From the NCBI GenBank assembly GCA_030041455.1, contig JASHNV010000146.1, forward strand, positions 10,174 through 74,173: a DNA stretch of 64,000 nt, written 5' to 3'. The translations under genes and the position numbers were made by a program. The notes beneath the pieces were generated by a model. That model saw only the letters and a list, made by a program, of their open reading frames with translations. It was not told the DNA's origin and ran no database searches. Positions 38,843 to 51,107 of the stretch are shown one piece after another. Numbering within the stretch: the stretch's first letter is position 1; every line of letters begins with the position of its first letter. The stretch comes from Spirochaetia bacterium. GTDB taxonomy: Bacteria > Spirochaetota > Spirochaetia > DAHUYW01.

Positions 38843-39202
38843 GTGAAGAGACTCCTCTTCCTCGGCTTCTTCCTCGCGGCCGCCGGGGCGCTGTTCGCCC
38901 AGTCCGCCGGAAGCGCCACGCAAGCGTCGGCCGGGCTCGTCGTCGCAAAGGTGATGGACAACGGGCCGGCAAGCAACGCCGGGATCGCTCCCGGCGACTC
39001 GATCCTTCAGCTCGACGGGCAGCCCGTCGCGACCATGTCGGACGTGCGCGGCATCCTCGCCAAGCATCAGCCCGGCGATTCCATCCCGGCCGTGGTCTTG
39101 CACAACGGGCAGCAGACGACGGTCACCATCGCGCTCGCGGCGAGCAAGTCCGGCCACCCGACCATCGGGGCCTGGTTCAAGCGGCCGACCCCGCAGTCGT
39201 AG
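38843..39202 (+). CDS. Secreted PDZ-domain protein (119 aa)
   Basis: GTG 38843 after GGAGG. Signal peptide MKRLLFLGFFLAAAGALFAQSAG; PDZ core GLVVAKVMDNGPASNAGIAPGDSILQLDGQPV. Confidence 0.65.
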   Translation: MKRLLFLGFFLAAAGALFAQSAGSATQASAGLVVAKVMDNGPASNAGIAPGDSILQLDGQPVATMSDVRGILAKHQPGDSIPAVVLHNGQQTTVTIALAASKSGHPTIGAWFKRPTPQS

Positions 39203-39331
39203 GCGAAAGCTTGCAGGCGGGAGGCGGCCGGAGCGCCGCCACCCGCCATCTCCGCTCTCGCTCCGCGTTTGCCGGTCCGTTTCGCCGCCCGGGCCATGCC
39301 GCCGCTTCCCTCCGACCCTGGCCGGTAAAAA

Positions 39332-39361
39332 TTGCAGGTATCCCCCCCGACATGGTACAAT
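39332..39361 (+). promoter_or_regulatory. Putative promoter with extended -10 (TTGCAG-18-TGgTACAAT) for the kinase/regulator operon
   Basis: attgcaggtatcccccccgacatggtacaatgg; -10 TACAAT at 39356-39361 preceded by TG. About 95 nt upstream of the kinase GTG. Confidence 0.35.
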
Positions 39362-39456
39362 GGCTCGCCTGAGCCCGTTTCCCCCACGCGGCGTCAGCCT
39401 CGCGGCAGGGGGCAAGGAAAGGCATTTTCCACTGCTTAAGCGGGGGATTCTTTCCG

Positions 39457-41204
39457 GTGAAGCTTCGAACACGGCTCGTCGTCACCTCGTTTCTCGCGCT
39501 TCTCATTCCGGTTCTCCTTTCCATTGCGGTCGCCGCGGCTATCGTCGTCGAAAAGAGCAGCCGGTCGCAGGAGCTCTATTTCCGAGCCGCGCTCGCGAGG
39601 ATCAGGCAGGACATCTCGGACACCGAGCAGCGCTACCGGGCGAGCATCTCGGGCCTCGCCACCGCGAGCTTCCTGGTCCACAAGCTCTACGTCTACAACA
39701 AGTACTGGAATTACATATCGAGCGACGTCCTCTCGGGCGACATCGCGGTGCTAAAGGACGAGCTGGAGAGCTACCTCCTTTCCGAGTCTATCGACTCGAT
39801 CGCCGTCTACCGCACCGAGGGCGATCACTACAAATCGGTGGTCGTGGTCGGCAACTCCACCTATATTCCGGACATCGTCGACCGTGACCAGCTCGGGCGC
39901 CTGTCCGGGCAGCCCGACTATCTCCAGATCTCCGACGGCATCTACGCGACCTTCTACATACCGGTCTTTTACGAAGGCAGGGAGATCGGACTCCTCGCGC
40001 TGCAGAAAGCCTTCAATCGCGGCTACTTCGAGAACCTCTCGCTTCGCTACAACCTCGGCATCGCGCTGTACGCCCAGGGGCTCTATCGGTACTCCTCGCT
40101 CCCCGGTCTCGCCGACGCGGGAGCGCTCTGGGCGAGGAATCATCCGGCAAACGGCGGATTTTTCACCGGCACCTACACCGATCGCAAGCGGGTCTACAAA
40201 TACGTGGGCTACTTCTTCCAGATGGGCGAGGACGCGAAGGGTTTCCTCTTCGTCGGCGGTCCGTCGATGACCGCCGACGACTGGTGGCGCACCTTCCTCA
40301 AGTTCGCGATGATTCCGCTTATCTGCGTCGCGGTCGCCACCATGCTTTTCATCTTCTGGGCGAGCGAGATCATCGGCCAGATCCGTGAGCTCCTCGGCGC
40401 GGTGGGGCAGGTCTCGCGCGGTCTCTACGACGTGAGGCTTCCGGTGCGGCGCTCCGACGAGTTCGGCGAGCTGTTCCGCGGCTTCACCCGAATGGCAAGC
40501 GACCTCGAGGAGAACAGGCGCCAGCTCGTCACCTCGGAGAAGATGGCGGCGATCGGAAGGTTCTCGGCCGGAGTCGCCCACGAGATCAACAACCCGCTCG
40601 GCATCATCCTCAATCACGTGCAGCTCCTGCGGTCCGGGAAGCTGTCGCCGCGGGAGGAGGGCGACTTTCTCGCGCGGATGGAGGCGGAGATCAAGCGCGT
40701 GAATCGGCTTCTCACCAACCTGCTGCATCACGCGACCGACGACGAGCTCGCCTTCAGCGATTTCGCGCTCGAGCCCGTCCTGAACGAGGTCGTCCAGCTT
40801 TTCGGCCCGAAGCTCCGCCTCATGGGAGTGAAGGTCCAGGCGGAGCACTTCCCGCCGAACCTGACCATCGAGGGAGACGCCGACGCGGTCAAGCAGGTCT
40901 TCTTCAACGTTCTGTACAATGCCCTGCAGGCCATCCACCATGGGCAGGGAATGATTCGGATCGGCGCCGAGGAGAACGGCGACGGCTTTCGCGTGCGGGT
41001 GAGCGACAACGGAGACGGGATGGACCGCACGACCCAGGATCGGGTCTTCGAGCCCTTCTTCACGAGCAAGAAGAGCGGCGGAACCGGCATCGGCCTCGCG
41101 CTGAGCCAGAAGATCATGAAGCAGCACGGAGGGACGATCAGCGTGGAAAGCGAGATCAACGTCGGCACCACCGTGCTCCTCTGGTTTCCGAAAAGGGACG
41201 TCGC

Positions 41205-41208
<4 letters not shown>
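39457..41208 (+). CDS. Sensor histidine kinase (N-terminal TM, periplasmic sensor domain, second TM, HAMP, HisKA, HATPase_c)
   Basis: H-box FSAGVAHEINNPL, N/G1/G2 boxes (NALQAI, DNGDGM, GGTGIGLAL). GTG 39457. Confidence 0.8.
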
Positions 41209-42506
<1,298 letters not shown>

Positions 42507-42651
42507 GGCTTCCGCGGCCCGCCGGGCCCGGATGGCTACTCGATTTTACTCAAATTGGGAAGAGGGTCCCCGCAGCTTCCCGTCATGAAGAGTACGAAGC
42601 GCTAACTCGTTCCAGGCAAACAGATTGAAATCGCAAAGATCCAGCCCGACT

Positions 42652-42667
42652 TGGCGTGTTTCTTGCT
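42652..42667 (+). promoter_or_regulatory. Sigma54 (-24/-12) promoter TGGCGTG-N4-TTGCT
   Basis: TGGC at 42652-42655 and TTGC at 42663-42666, GG-N10-GC spacing, about 80 nt upstream of binding-protein gene 1 and just downstream of the NtrC-type activator gene. Confidence 0.5.
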
Positions 42668-42745
42668 TAGCTATCCGGGAGGGCAGGAGGGGAGGTTCCT
42701 ACCACGAGACGGTTTTCGCTCGTTATCGCGTCGGTCGCGCTCGTT

Positions 42746-43705
42746 GTGGCGGCGTCGAGCCTCGAGGCGGCCGGAAGTAAGGAGGAGAGCGGCAAGCCGG
42801 TCGTCGTCGCCGCGACCGTTCGAGCCCGGCCGCATCGGCTCGTTTTCGCCATGGTTCCCAAGGGCATCCATCCCTACTTCGTCCCGGTCTACCAGGGCTT
42901 TCAGGCGGCCGCCGCGAAGTACGGGGTGGAAGCGGAGATGGACGCTCCGCCGAAGTTCGACGTCACGCTTCAAGTCAAGGTCATCGAGGACCTCATCGCG
43001 CGCGGAGTCGACGGCATCGCGGTGTCGGCCAACGACGATCTCGGGCTCGTCCCCGTGATCCACGAGGCGGTCCAGGCCGGCATCAAGGTCATCACCTTCG
43101 ACGCTCCCGCTCCGTCGACGGAGGCGCTGACCTACATCGGAACGGACAACGAGTCGGCGGGCTACGACGCGGGCAAGCGAATGGCAAGGATCATGGGCGG
43201 CCGGGGCGAGCTCGCCATTCTCCAGGGAGGCCTCGACGCCACGAACCTGAACCTGCGTACGAAGGGTTTCGAGCGGGCGCTTCACGAGGAGGCGCCCGGG
43301 ATCCGGGTGGTCGCCGTCGAGGACGAGGGAGGAGATTTCTCCGAGTCGATCAACAAGACCGAGCTGCTCCTCTCCGAGTACCCGAAGCTCACGGGGATTT
43401 TCTCGGTCTCGGCGGAGGGCGCGCCTGCCGCCGAGACCGTCATGAGGGAGCGAGGCGAGAAGGGGGAACTCGTCATCGCGGGGTTCGACGATCTGAAGGA
43501 TTCCGTAGACGGAATCCGCGAAGGTTTGATCGCCTTTTGCGTGGTCCAACGAACCTACTTGATGGGGTGGCTATCGGTCAAAGAGCTGATCGACGCCGTC
43601 AACGATCGGCCGATTCCGAAGGTTATCGATACCGGTGTGGTGTTCGTCGACCGGACGAACGTCGACACCTACATGAAAGAGATGGGGCCCGAGGCCGCGC
43701 AATAG
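42746..43705 (+). CDS. Periplasmic sugar-binding protein (PBP type 1, ribose/galactose-binding-like); start uncertain
   Basis: PBP1 fold (VFAMVPKG..., GVDGIAVS, ITFD, LAILQG..., GFDD). The only canonical start is GTG 42746, 52 nt after the SD. In-frame upstream codons from about 42704 encode a signal-peptide-like TTRRFSLVIASVALVVAASSLEAAG without ATG/GTG/TTG. Confidence 0.65.
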   Translation: MAASSLEAAGSKEESGKPVVVAATVRARPHRLVFAMVPKGIHPYFVPVYQGFQAAAAKYGVEAEMDAPPKFDVTLQVKVIEDLIARGVDGIAVSANDDLGLVPVIHEAVQAGIKVITFDAPAPSTEALTYIGTDNESAGYDAGKRMARIMGGRGELAILQGGLDATNLNLRTKGFERALHEEAPGIRVVAVEDEGGDFSESINKTELLLSEYPKLTGIFSVSAEGAPAAETVMRERGEKGELVIAGFDDLKDSVDGIREGLIAFCVVQRTYLMGWLSVKELIDAVNDRPIPKVIDTGVVFVDRTNVDTYMKEMGPEAAQ

Positions 43706-43785
43706 CGCAGGCGGCCTCGGGCCACGCGCAAATGAGATTGCCCCGTGTAGGGCAAGAAGAATTGATCCGAAGGAGGAAATAGACC

Positions 43786-44811
43786 ATGCGAGCGAGAAAC
43801 GTCTCGATCTTCGCCGCCCTTGCGGCGGCGGCAGTTCTCGTCCTTGCCGGCTGCGCCCCCTCTGCGAGCAAAGCCGCGAGTTCTCAGGCTGCGAGCACCA
43901 AGTGGGCGGCGGGCGTCCACATCGTCTTCTTCCCGGGCGGTCCGGAGGGCGGCGTCTTCGCCGTCAACGTCTACAACGGCGCAAAGCAGGCCGAAGAGGA
44001 CCTCGGCGTGAAGGTGGACTACGAGTGGTCGGACTGGGATCCCCAGAAGATGATTCAGCAGTTCCAGGAGGCGGTTGCGACGCATCCCGACGGCATAGCG
44101 GTCATGGGTCACCCGGGCGATGACGCGTTCGACGCGCTCATCAAGGACGCCGAGAGCAAGGGCATCATCGTGACGAGCCAGAACACGCCGCTCCCGAAGG
44201 CGGAGGCGGAGTTCCAGTCGAAGGGCTTCGGATACGTCGGTGCGCAGCTCTACCAGGCCGGCCACGACCTCGGAGCCGAGGCGGTGAAGCGCTTCGGTCT
44301 GAAGGCCGGCGACCGTGCGATGGTCTGGGGTCTCCTCTCGCAGCCGACACGCGGGGAGCGGACCAAAGGCGCGATCGACGCGCTGAAACAGGCCGGGCTG
44401 ACCGTCGACTACATCGAGATCGATCCGGCGACCAACAAGGACCCCGCGGCGGGCGCGCCGGTCTTCGCCGGCTACGTCTCCTCCCATCCGGACGTGAAGC
44501 TCGTCATCCCCGACCACGGCGGACTGACCGCGACTGCCGAGACCTACCTCAAGGCGGCGGGAAAGGGACCCGGGCAGATCCTCGTCGCCGGCTTTGACAT
44601 GTCGCCAGCGACGGTCGCCGCCATTCAGGGCGGCTGGACGGAGCTCGTGATCGACCAGCAGGAGTGGCTGCAGGGCTATCTGCCGATTCTCCAGATCGCG
44701 CTGACCAAGGTGTACGGGTTCTCGGGCCTGGACATCAACACGGGCGCGGGCTTCGTCGACAAGAGCAACGTCGATTTCATCGCGCCGCTTGCACAGCGGA
44801 ACATCCGATAG
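43786..44811 (+). CDS. ABC transporter sugar-binding lipoprotein (PBP type 1)
   Basis: Lipobox ...VLVLAGCAPS; PBP1 fold. ATG with AAGGAGG SD. Confidence 0.8.
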   Translation: MRARNVSIFAALAAAAVLVLAGCAPSASKAASSQAASTKWAAGVHIVFFPGGPEGGVFAVNVYNGAKQAEEDLGVKVDYEWSDWDPQKMIQQFQEAVATHPDGIAVMGHPGDDAFDALIKDAESKGIIVTSQNTPLPKAEAEFQSKGFGYVGAQLYQAGHDLGAEAVKRFGLKAGDRAMVWGLLSQPTRGERTKGAIDALKQAGLTVDYIEIDPATNKDPAAGAPVFAGYVSSHPDVKLVIPDHGGLTATAETYLKAAGKGPGQILVAGFDMSPATVAAIQGGWTELVIDQQEWLQGYLPILQIALTKVYGFSGLDINTGAGFVDKSNVDFIAPLAQRNIR

Positions 44812-44930
44812 ATTTTTCACGCGGACGGGCAGTGCCTTTGCGGCCCGTCCGCCCCATAGTACAATCAAGGGGTCGCGCGGGCGGCCGGTACAGGGAGACA
44901 TTTCCCGCGCTCGCGGCTGCGAGGTGGCAC

Positions 44931-45698
44931 ATGAGCAACGTTCTGACACTGAAAAACGTCTCGAAGACCTTCGGGGAAGTCGCGGCGCTTCACAACGTCA
45001 ACTTTCACGTCGGCGACAACGAGATCGTCGGGCTTCTCGGCGACAACGGCGCCGGGAAGTCGACGCTCGTGAAGATCATCACGGGCTACCATCAGCCGAA
45101 CCCCGGCGGGGAGCTCTTCTGGAAGAACGAGCGCGTCGAGCGCCTCACCGTCCCCAAGGCGCGCGACCTCGGGATCGAGGTGGTCTTTCAGGAGCGCGCG
45201 CTCGCCGACAAGCAGTCGCTGTGGCGGAATATCTTCATGGGCCGCGAGCTTTCCGACCGCCTGGGTCTTCTCGACGTGGCAAAGATGCGAAGCGAGACGC
45301 GCAGGCTCATGAACACCGCGATGGGATTCACGTCGTCCGCCGTTACGGCGGAGTCGACGGTGAAGACTTTTTCGGGCGGCGAGCGGCAGGGCGTCGCGAT
45401 AACCCGCGCGCTCTACTTCCAGGCCGAGCTCGTCATTCTCGACGAGCCGACGATGGGCCTCTCCCTCTCGGAGACGAGGAAATGCCTCGAGTTCGTCGAG
45501 GGCATCAAGAAGGCGGGAAAGGCGGCCATCTTCATCGACCACAATATCTTCCACGTCTACCCCGTAGTTGACCGCATCGTGGTGCTCGATCGCGGGACGA
45601 TCGCCGGGCAGTTCATGAAGAACGAGCTCTCGCTGCAGGAGCTCATCGACCGGCTCTATGTCGTCGCGCAGACCGGTCACCTCGAGAGCAAGAATTGA
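44931..45698 (+). CDS. ABC transporter ATP-binding protein (single NBD)
   Basis: Walker A GDNGAGKST, signature FSGGERQG, Walker B LVILDEPT. ATG 44931 after GAGGTGG. The track ORF's upstream part (from 44664) is discarded. Confidence 0.85.
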   Translation: MSNVLTLKNVSKTFGEVAALHNVNFHVGDNEIVGLLGDNGAGKSTLVKIITGYHQPNPGGELFWKNERVERLTVPKARDLGIEVVFQERALADKQSLWRNIFMGRELSDRLGLLDVAKMRSETRRLMNTAMGFTSSAVTAESTVKTFSGGERQGVAITRALYFQAELVILDEPTMGLSLSETRKCLEFVEGIKKAGKAAIFIDHNIFHVYPVVDRIVVLDRGTIAGQFMKNELSLQELIDRLYVVAQTGHLESKN

Positions 45699-45721
45699 GC
45701 CGACTGACACAAGGAGAGCAC

Positions 45722-46729
<1,008 letters not shown>

Positions 46730-46796
46730 GCGGCGGAGGGACTTCGAAGCCGGTTCGCTTGCATTCTTGAAGTCGGTCAACTACACTTTGGGTGAG

Positions 46797-47948
46797 ATGG
46801 TCGAAAGGCATTCCGCTCCGCCGCCGCGAAGGGAGGACGTCCTGAGCTCCGCTCCGAGCAAGGTCCTCGCCGGCATCGCGCACGAGCTTCGCACGCCGGT
46901 GAGCGGCATCTCCGGGATGGTCGCGCTCCTCGAAAAGACCGGGCTCACGGTCGAGCAGCGCCGCTACGTCGACCTCGTCGCCGCGTCGGCGGCCTCGCTC
47001 AGACATCTCGTGGATCAGCTCCTCGACTTCGCCGGGCTTCGCGAGGGCTCCTCCGCCCCCGTTCGGGAGCCCTTCGAGCTCAAGGCGGCGATCGAGGGCG
47101 CGGTCGCCCTTCTCGTGCCGGAGGCCGCGGAGAAGGGTCTCTCGCTCACAGTCGCCGTGGAGAGCGGGCTCGACGTCTGGGTGGCGGGGGATCCCTTCGG
47201 CCTGAGGCAGATCGTTTCCAACCTCGTGGTGAACGCGGTCAAGTTTACCGAGCGCGGCGGAATCGGGGTCGCGGCCCGACTCGACGGACGGAGCGGGGAG
47301 TCGATACTCGTCGAGCTCGCGGTGACCGACAGCGGAATCGGCATACCGGCCGAGAAGCTCGGCCCGATCTTTGACGGCTTCACGCAGCTGGAAGCCGGGG
47401 CGCGCAATCCGCGCAGGGGCCTCGGGCTCGGGCTCTCGATCGTGCATGAGGTCGCGTCGAGAATGGGCGGCCTCGTGGAGGTCGACAGCGCCGTGGGGAG
47501 GGGAAGCACGTTCACCGTCCAGCTTCCCTTTCGACTCCATCCCGGCCGGAAGGCTCAGGCGTCCGGGGGCTCGATTCTCATTGCCGAAGACGAAGCGGTC
47601 AATCGGATGTACATCGATGCCCTCCTCGCGCGAAACGGCTATCGTACCACCATCGTCTCAAGCGGCGTCGAGGCCGTGGAGGCCTTCGGCGAGGGGCGCT
47701 ACGATCTGATCCTGATGGACCTTGCGATGCCGGAGGTGGGCGGCGCCGAAGCCGCGCGCGCGATTCGCGAGCGCGAGCTCGTGCGCGGCGGCCACGTCCC
47801 CATCATCGCCCTCACGGCGTACGTTCATCGGGAGGAGATCGACCGCTGCTTGGGCGCCGGAATGGACGCGTGGATGACGAAGCCCTTCGCCGAGGACGAG
47901 CTTCTCGAGAGGATAGAAGCCCTTCTTGATCGGCGTCCCTGCGGATGA
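46797..47948 (+). CDS. Cytoplasmic hybrid histidine kinase (HisKA + HATPase_c + REC), no sensor/TM domain
   Basis: H-box IAHELRTPVSGI, G-boxes (DSGIGI, GLGLGLSIV), C-terminal receiver (ILIAEDE...LILMDLAMP...TKP). ATG 46797 chosen over TTG 46767; low confidence. Confidence 0.7.
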   Translation: MVERHSAPPPRREDVLSSAPSKVLAGIAHELRTPVSGISGMVALLEKTGLTVEQRRYVDLVAASAASLRHLVDQLLDFAGLREGSSAPVREPFELKAAIEGAVALLVPEAAEKGLSLTVAVESGLDVWVAGDPFGLRQIVSNLVVNAVKFTERGGIGVAARLDGRSGESILVELAVTDSGIGIPAEKLGPIFDGFTQLEAGARNPRRGLGLGLSIVHEVASRMGGLVEVDSAVGRGSTFTVQLPFRLHPGRKAQASGGSILIAEDEAVNRMYIDALLARNGYRTTIVSSGVEAVEAFGEGRYDLILMDLAMPEVGGAEAARAIRERELVRGGHVPIIALTAYVHREEIDRCLGAGMDAWMTKPFAEDELLERIEALLDRRPCG

Positions 47949-48501
47949 CCTTCCCGCGGGGATGCCGGACCATCCGTTCGAGCGCGCGGCACGCCGCCGA
48001 CTCGGATCCTGGTCGAGGCGGCCGGGCGCTCGGAAGCGGTCCACATGATCAACTTCTCGAGGCGCAACGCCTCGGCTCCGCGGGGTCGGGAGGAGCTCTC
48101 CCGCTTGGACGTGGCGGCTCGGCGCCCCGGCGCGCTCAGGCGAAATCGGCTGCCACGCGTACGACCGGCGAGCTTCCTCGCGGGCGGCGCCCCGGGCTCG
48201 ATCCACGCGTCAGGCGGGCCGCCGGCCTCCTACCCGCGAGCTCGTCAGGGCCTTCGGTGACCGCGGCGCGGCGGGAATCGATCTCGCGCGCTCTCGGGGA
48301 GCTACCGCCTCCCCTGCGCCGCCGGTCCGCAGGCGAGGGAGTGGAGGGAGGTGACCTGCGCGCCGACGTCCTCCAATTACGGGCGCGCGACCACGACCGT
48401 CGAGAGGACGAATCGGACGTTGTTCGTTGCGGCTACGCGGTCCAAGCGCACCTCGAGGCGGACCGAAGGGGCTCCCGGGTGCGAGCGAGCGCGGAGGCGC
48501 C

Positions 48502-49560
48502 GTGAGAAAGATCAGAATCGGCATGATCGGCGCCGGGGCGATCGCGCCCATGCACTGCCGCGGGATTCTCTCCCACCCGTCGGGAGAGCTCGTCGCGCTC
48601 GCCGACTCAAGCCGCGAGCGGGCCGACGCGCTTGCGAGGGAGTTTCGCATTCCGACGGTCTACCGCGATTACCGCAAGCTCATCGACGACCGCTCGATCG
48701 AGGCGGTCAGCGTCGCGCTTCCGAACTTCCTCCACGCTCCGGTCACGATCGCGGCCCTCGAGGCCGGAAAGCACGTTCTCCTCGAGAAGCCCTTCGCCAC
48801 GAGCGAGGCGGAGGCGCTCTCGGTGATCGGAGCCGCGGAGAGGAGCGGGAGGATCCTGACCGTCGGCATGAACCAGCGCTTCACCGTCGAGGCGCAGACC
48901 GTTCGCGCGCTCGTCGAGCGAGGCGAGCTCGGCGAGGTCTATCACCTGAAGGCGCATTGGACCCGCCGCTCGGGAGCGCCGAGGTTCGGGACCTGGTTCG
49001 CCGATCGAAAGCGCTCCGGCGGCGGCGCGCTCCTCGATATCGGCGTCCACATGCTCGATCTCGCGCTCAGCCTGATCGGGAACTTCTCTCCGCTCGCCGT
49101 GAGCGGCTTTTCCTACTCCAAGTTCGGCAGCCGCGGGCTCGGCGAAGGCAGCTGGGGTAAGTCCGATCCCGGCGAGCGGATCTTCGACGTCGACGACTTC
49201 GCCGGAGCGCTCGTCAGGCTCCAAGGAGGCGTCACGCTCGAGCTCGAGGCGTCGTGGGCGCGGCACCAGGCCGCGCCCGATTCCCGAGATGTCGAGCTTT
49301 TCGGCACCGAGGGGGGAGCGACGGTCTTTCCGCCGCGCCTTTTCAAGGGTCTCTCAGGCGGCCGCGGATATGAGACGATCGAGCTCCAAGACGGGCCGCT
49401 CCGCTACCCGGGCGCCGACCGCCACCACAACTGGATCGACGCGATCCTCGGGGTGGCCGGGATCGAGTGTACGCTCTCTCAGGCTCTCGCGGTTCAGCGG
49501 ATCATCGACGCCGTCTACCGTTCGGCGGAAAACGGCCGGGAGACGAGGCTCGAGGACTAG
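48502..49560 (+). CDS. Gfo/Idh/MocA-family NAD(P)-dependent oxidoreductase
   Basis: GTG 48502 after GGAGG. IGMIGAGAIA Rossmann motif, EKP motif (LLEKPFA). About 352 aa. Confidence 0.8.
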   Translation: MRKIRIGMIGAGAIAPMHCRGILSHPSGELVALADSSRERADALAREFRIPTVYRDYRKLIDDRSIEAVSVALPNFLHAPVTIAALEAGKHVLLEKPFATSEAEALSVIGAAERSGRILTVGMNQRFTVEAQTVRALVERGELGEVYHLKAHWTRRSGAPRFGTWFADRKRSGGGALLDIGVHMLDLALSLIGNFSPLAVSGFSYSKFGSRGLGEGSWGKSDPGERIFDVDDFAGALVRLQGGVTLELEASWARHQAAPDSRDVELFGTEGGATVFPPRLFKGLSGGRGYETIELQDGPLRYPGADRHHNWIDAILGVAGIECTLSQALAVQRIIDAVYRSAENGRETRLED

Positions 49561-50260
49561 CCGTCGCGGGGGCGTGTTTCAGGAGCTCGACCGGCTGAAA
49601 TCTCCCGAGTCGTTTCGCCCGGTACCCCGCGGCCCCGGGCGCGTGGCACCGTGAACGGTTTGCCCGCTCCATGCTTGCCGGGACCTGACAGCCGGCGATC
49701 CGTTCATGGGACAGACGGCTGTCGTGCGACCTCTCCGGTCGAGATCGTTCTCGCGCCCCGGGGTGACCGGGCAACCTCCGGTCGAAAGAGGCGTGAGACT
49801 CGTGCGCTCCTTCCAATCTTCACCAGTCAGGCCGGGTACCCGTGTGCGCTCGTCCGTGTATCGATTACCGACGTCAACCCTCGCGAAAGCGCTTCCGCCC
49901 GGACGAGCACATCGGAGGGACCGATCCGTCTTCCTTTCCGTTTCGTCCCGCTCCGCTGACCGTCGTACGGCCCGGACCGCGACTCCGCGACCGTGATGCT
50001 CGATCGATGGACGTTTTGGCGAGAGTCGTTCGAAGCGTATCCGGGAGGCGCGGCGCTTCTCGTTCTTCAAGGAATAGGCGCGGGCTCGAATCGAGAAGAG
50101 ACCTTCGCGTTCCCCCGTCGCCGCCGCATTCCGCCCCCGCGTGTGCGGCCATGCGGACGCTCCAGGTCGTGAGAGCCGCCGCAACTCGGCGCGACGGCCT
50201 TCCCGCGCGCACCAACCCATGCCGAAGGATCGTCGAGCGGCCCCTCCTCGCCGATCGTCG

Positions 50261-51088
50261 TCAGGTGACCCGGGCCCGCTCAAGCGCTTTTCGCAAGAGC
50301 GGCGGAGCGAGCCACGCAAGCGCGAGCGCGACGCTCGTCCGGACGTCGAGCCCGACTGAGATCTCCTTTTTCCCCGACTCGATCGCGCGCGCGATCCGCT
50401 CCGCCGCGTCGGCGGGCCGGATTCCGCGGGCCTGACCGGGATCAAGAACGCCGTGGCGCGTGCCGTCCCCGTTGAGCGCGGCGAAGGAGATTTCGGTGCG
50501 GACGTAGCCGGGGACCACGAGGAGCACTCCGATTCCGTCGCGGGCCACCTCGGCGCGAAGCGCGTTGAAATAGCCGTGCGCCGCGTGCTTGGAGGCGGAG
50601 TAGGCGGAGCGAAGCGGGGTTGCAAGCTTTCCGACGGCGCTCGTCACCACTACGATCTGTCCGGCGCTTCGGCGCTCCCGCCAGTACCGCACGAGCTCGG
50701 TCGAGAGCCAGACCGGACCGAAAAAGTTCGTGCTCATGATCGAGCGCACGACGGCGGGATCGGTCTCCACGGCCCGCGATCGCTGGCTTACCCCGGCGTT
50801 GTTGACGAGCACGTCGATCGAGCCGAAGGCGGCGGCGGCGGCGCGCACGATCGGCGCCGCGGGCTCGCCGCTCGCCACGTCGAGCGGCAGGAGGCTCACG
50901 CCTTCGCCTCCGCAGCGCTCCCTCACGTCGTTCAGCCGATCGAGGCGGCGCGCGGAAAGGACGAGACGCGCTCCGCGCGCCCGCAACGCATAGGCGAGCG
51001 CCTCGCCGATTCCCGAAGAGGCGCCCGTGATCCAGATGACTTTTCCGTCGAGTCTCTTCGAGGGACGCATGCCCGTCAAGTATATCAC
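50261..51088 (-). CDS. SDR oxidoreductase
   Basis: ITGASSGIGEA, NNAG, YSASKHA. GTG 51088 or ATG 51070. Confidence 0.75.
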   Translation of the reverse strand: MIYLTGMRPSKRLDGKVIWITGASSGIGEALAYALRARGARLVLSARRLDRLNDVRERCGGEGVSLLPLDVASGEPAAPIVRAAAAAFGSIDVLVNNAGVSQRSRAVETDPAVVRSIMSTNFFGPVWLSTELVRYWRERRSAGQIVVVTSAVGKLATPLRSAYSASKHAAHGYFNALRAEVARDGIGVLLVVPGYVRTEISFAALNGDGTRHGVLDPGQARGIRPADAAERIARAIESGKKEISVGLDVRTSVALALAWLAPPLLRKALERARVT

Positions 51089-51107
51089 GCGATACCTCAG
51101 GAGGCTT

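Noticed and set aside
38541-38972. 144-codon N-terminal extension of the HD-GYP track ORF
   Set aside because: It is Arg/Pro-rich junk crossing the AT-rich promoter region. The GAF domain begins after MMSFLERAS at 38540.
43706-43785. A second sigma54 promoter searched for upstream of binding-protein gene 2
   Set aside because: The best candidate (GGGCAAG-N5-ATTGA) has wrong spacing and lacks the -12 GC. Gene 2 is probably co-transcribed from the 42652 promoter or from a sigma70 promoter.
49561-50260. tmRNA / RNase P / SRP / 6S RNA in the 700-bp gene-free stretch
   Set aside because: I looked for hallmark motifs (AGUCCGG of RNase P, T-arm GGTTCGAATCC, SRP domain IV CAGGUCCGGAAGGAAGCAGC) on both strands and did not find them. 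It is left as an unexplained gap, not an RNA call.
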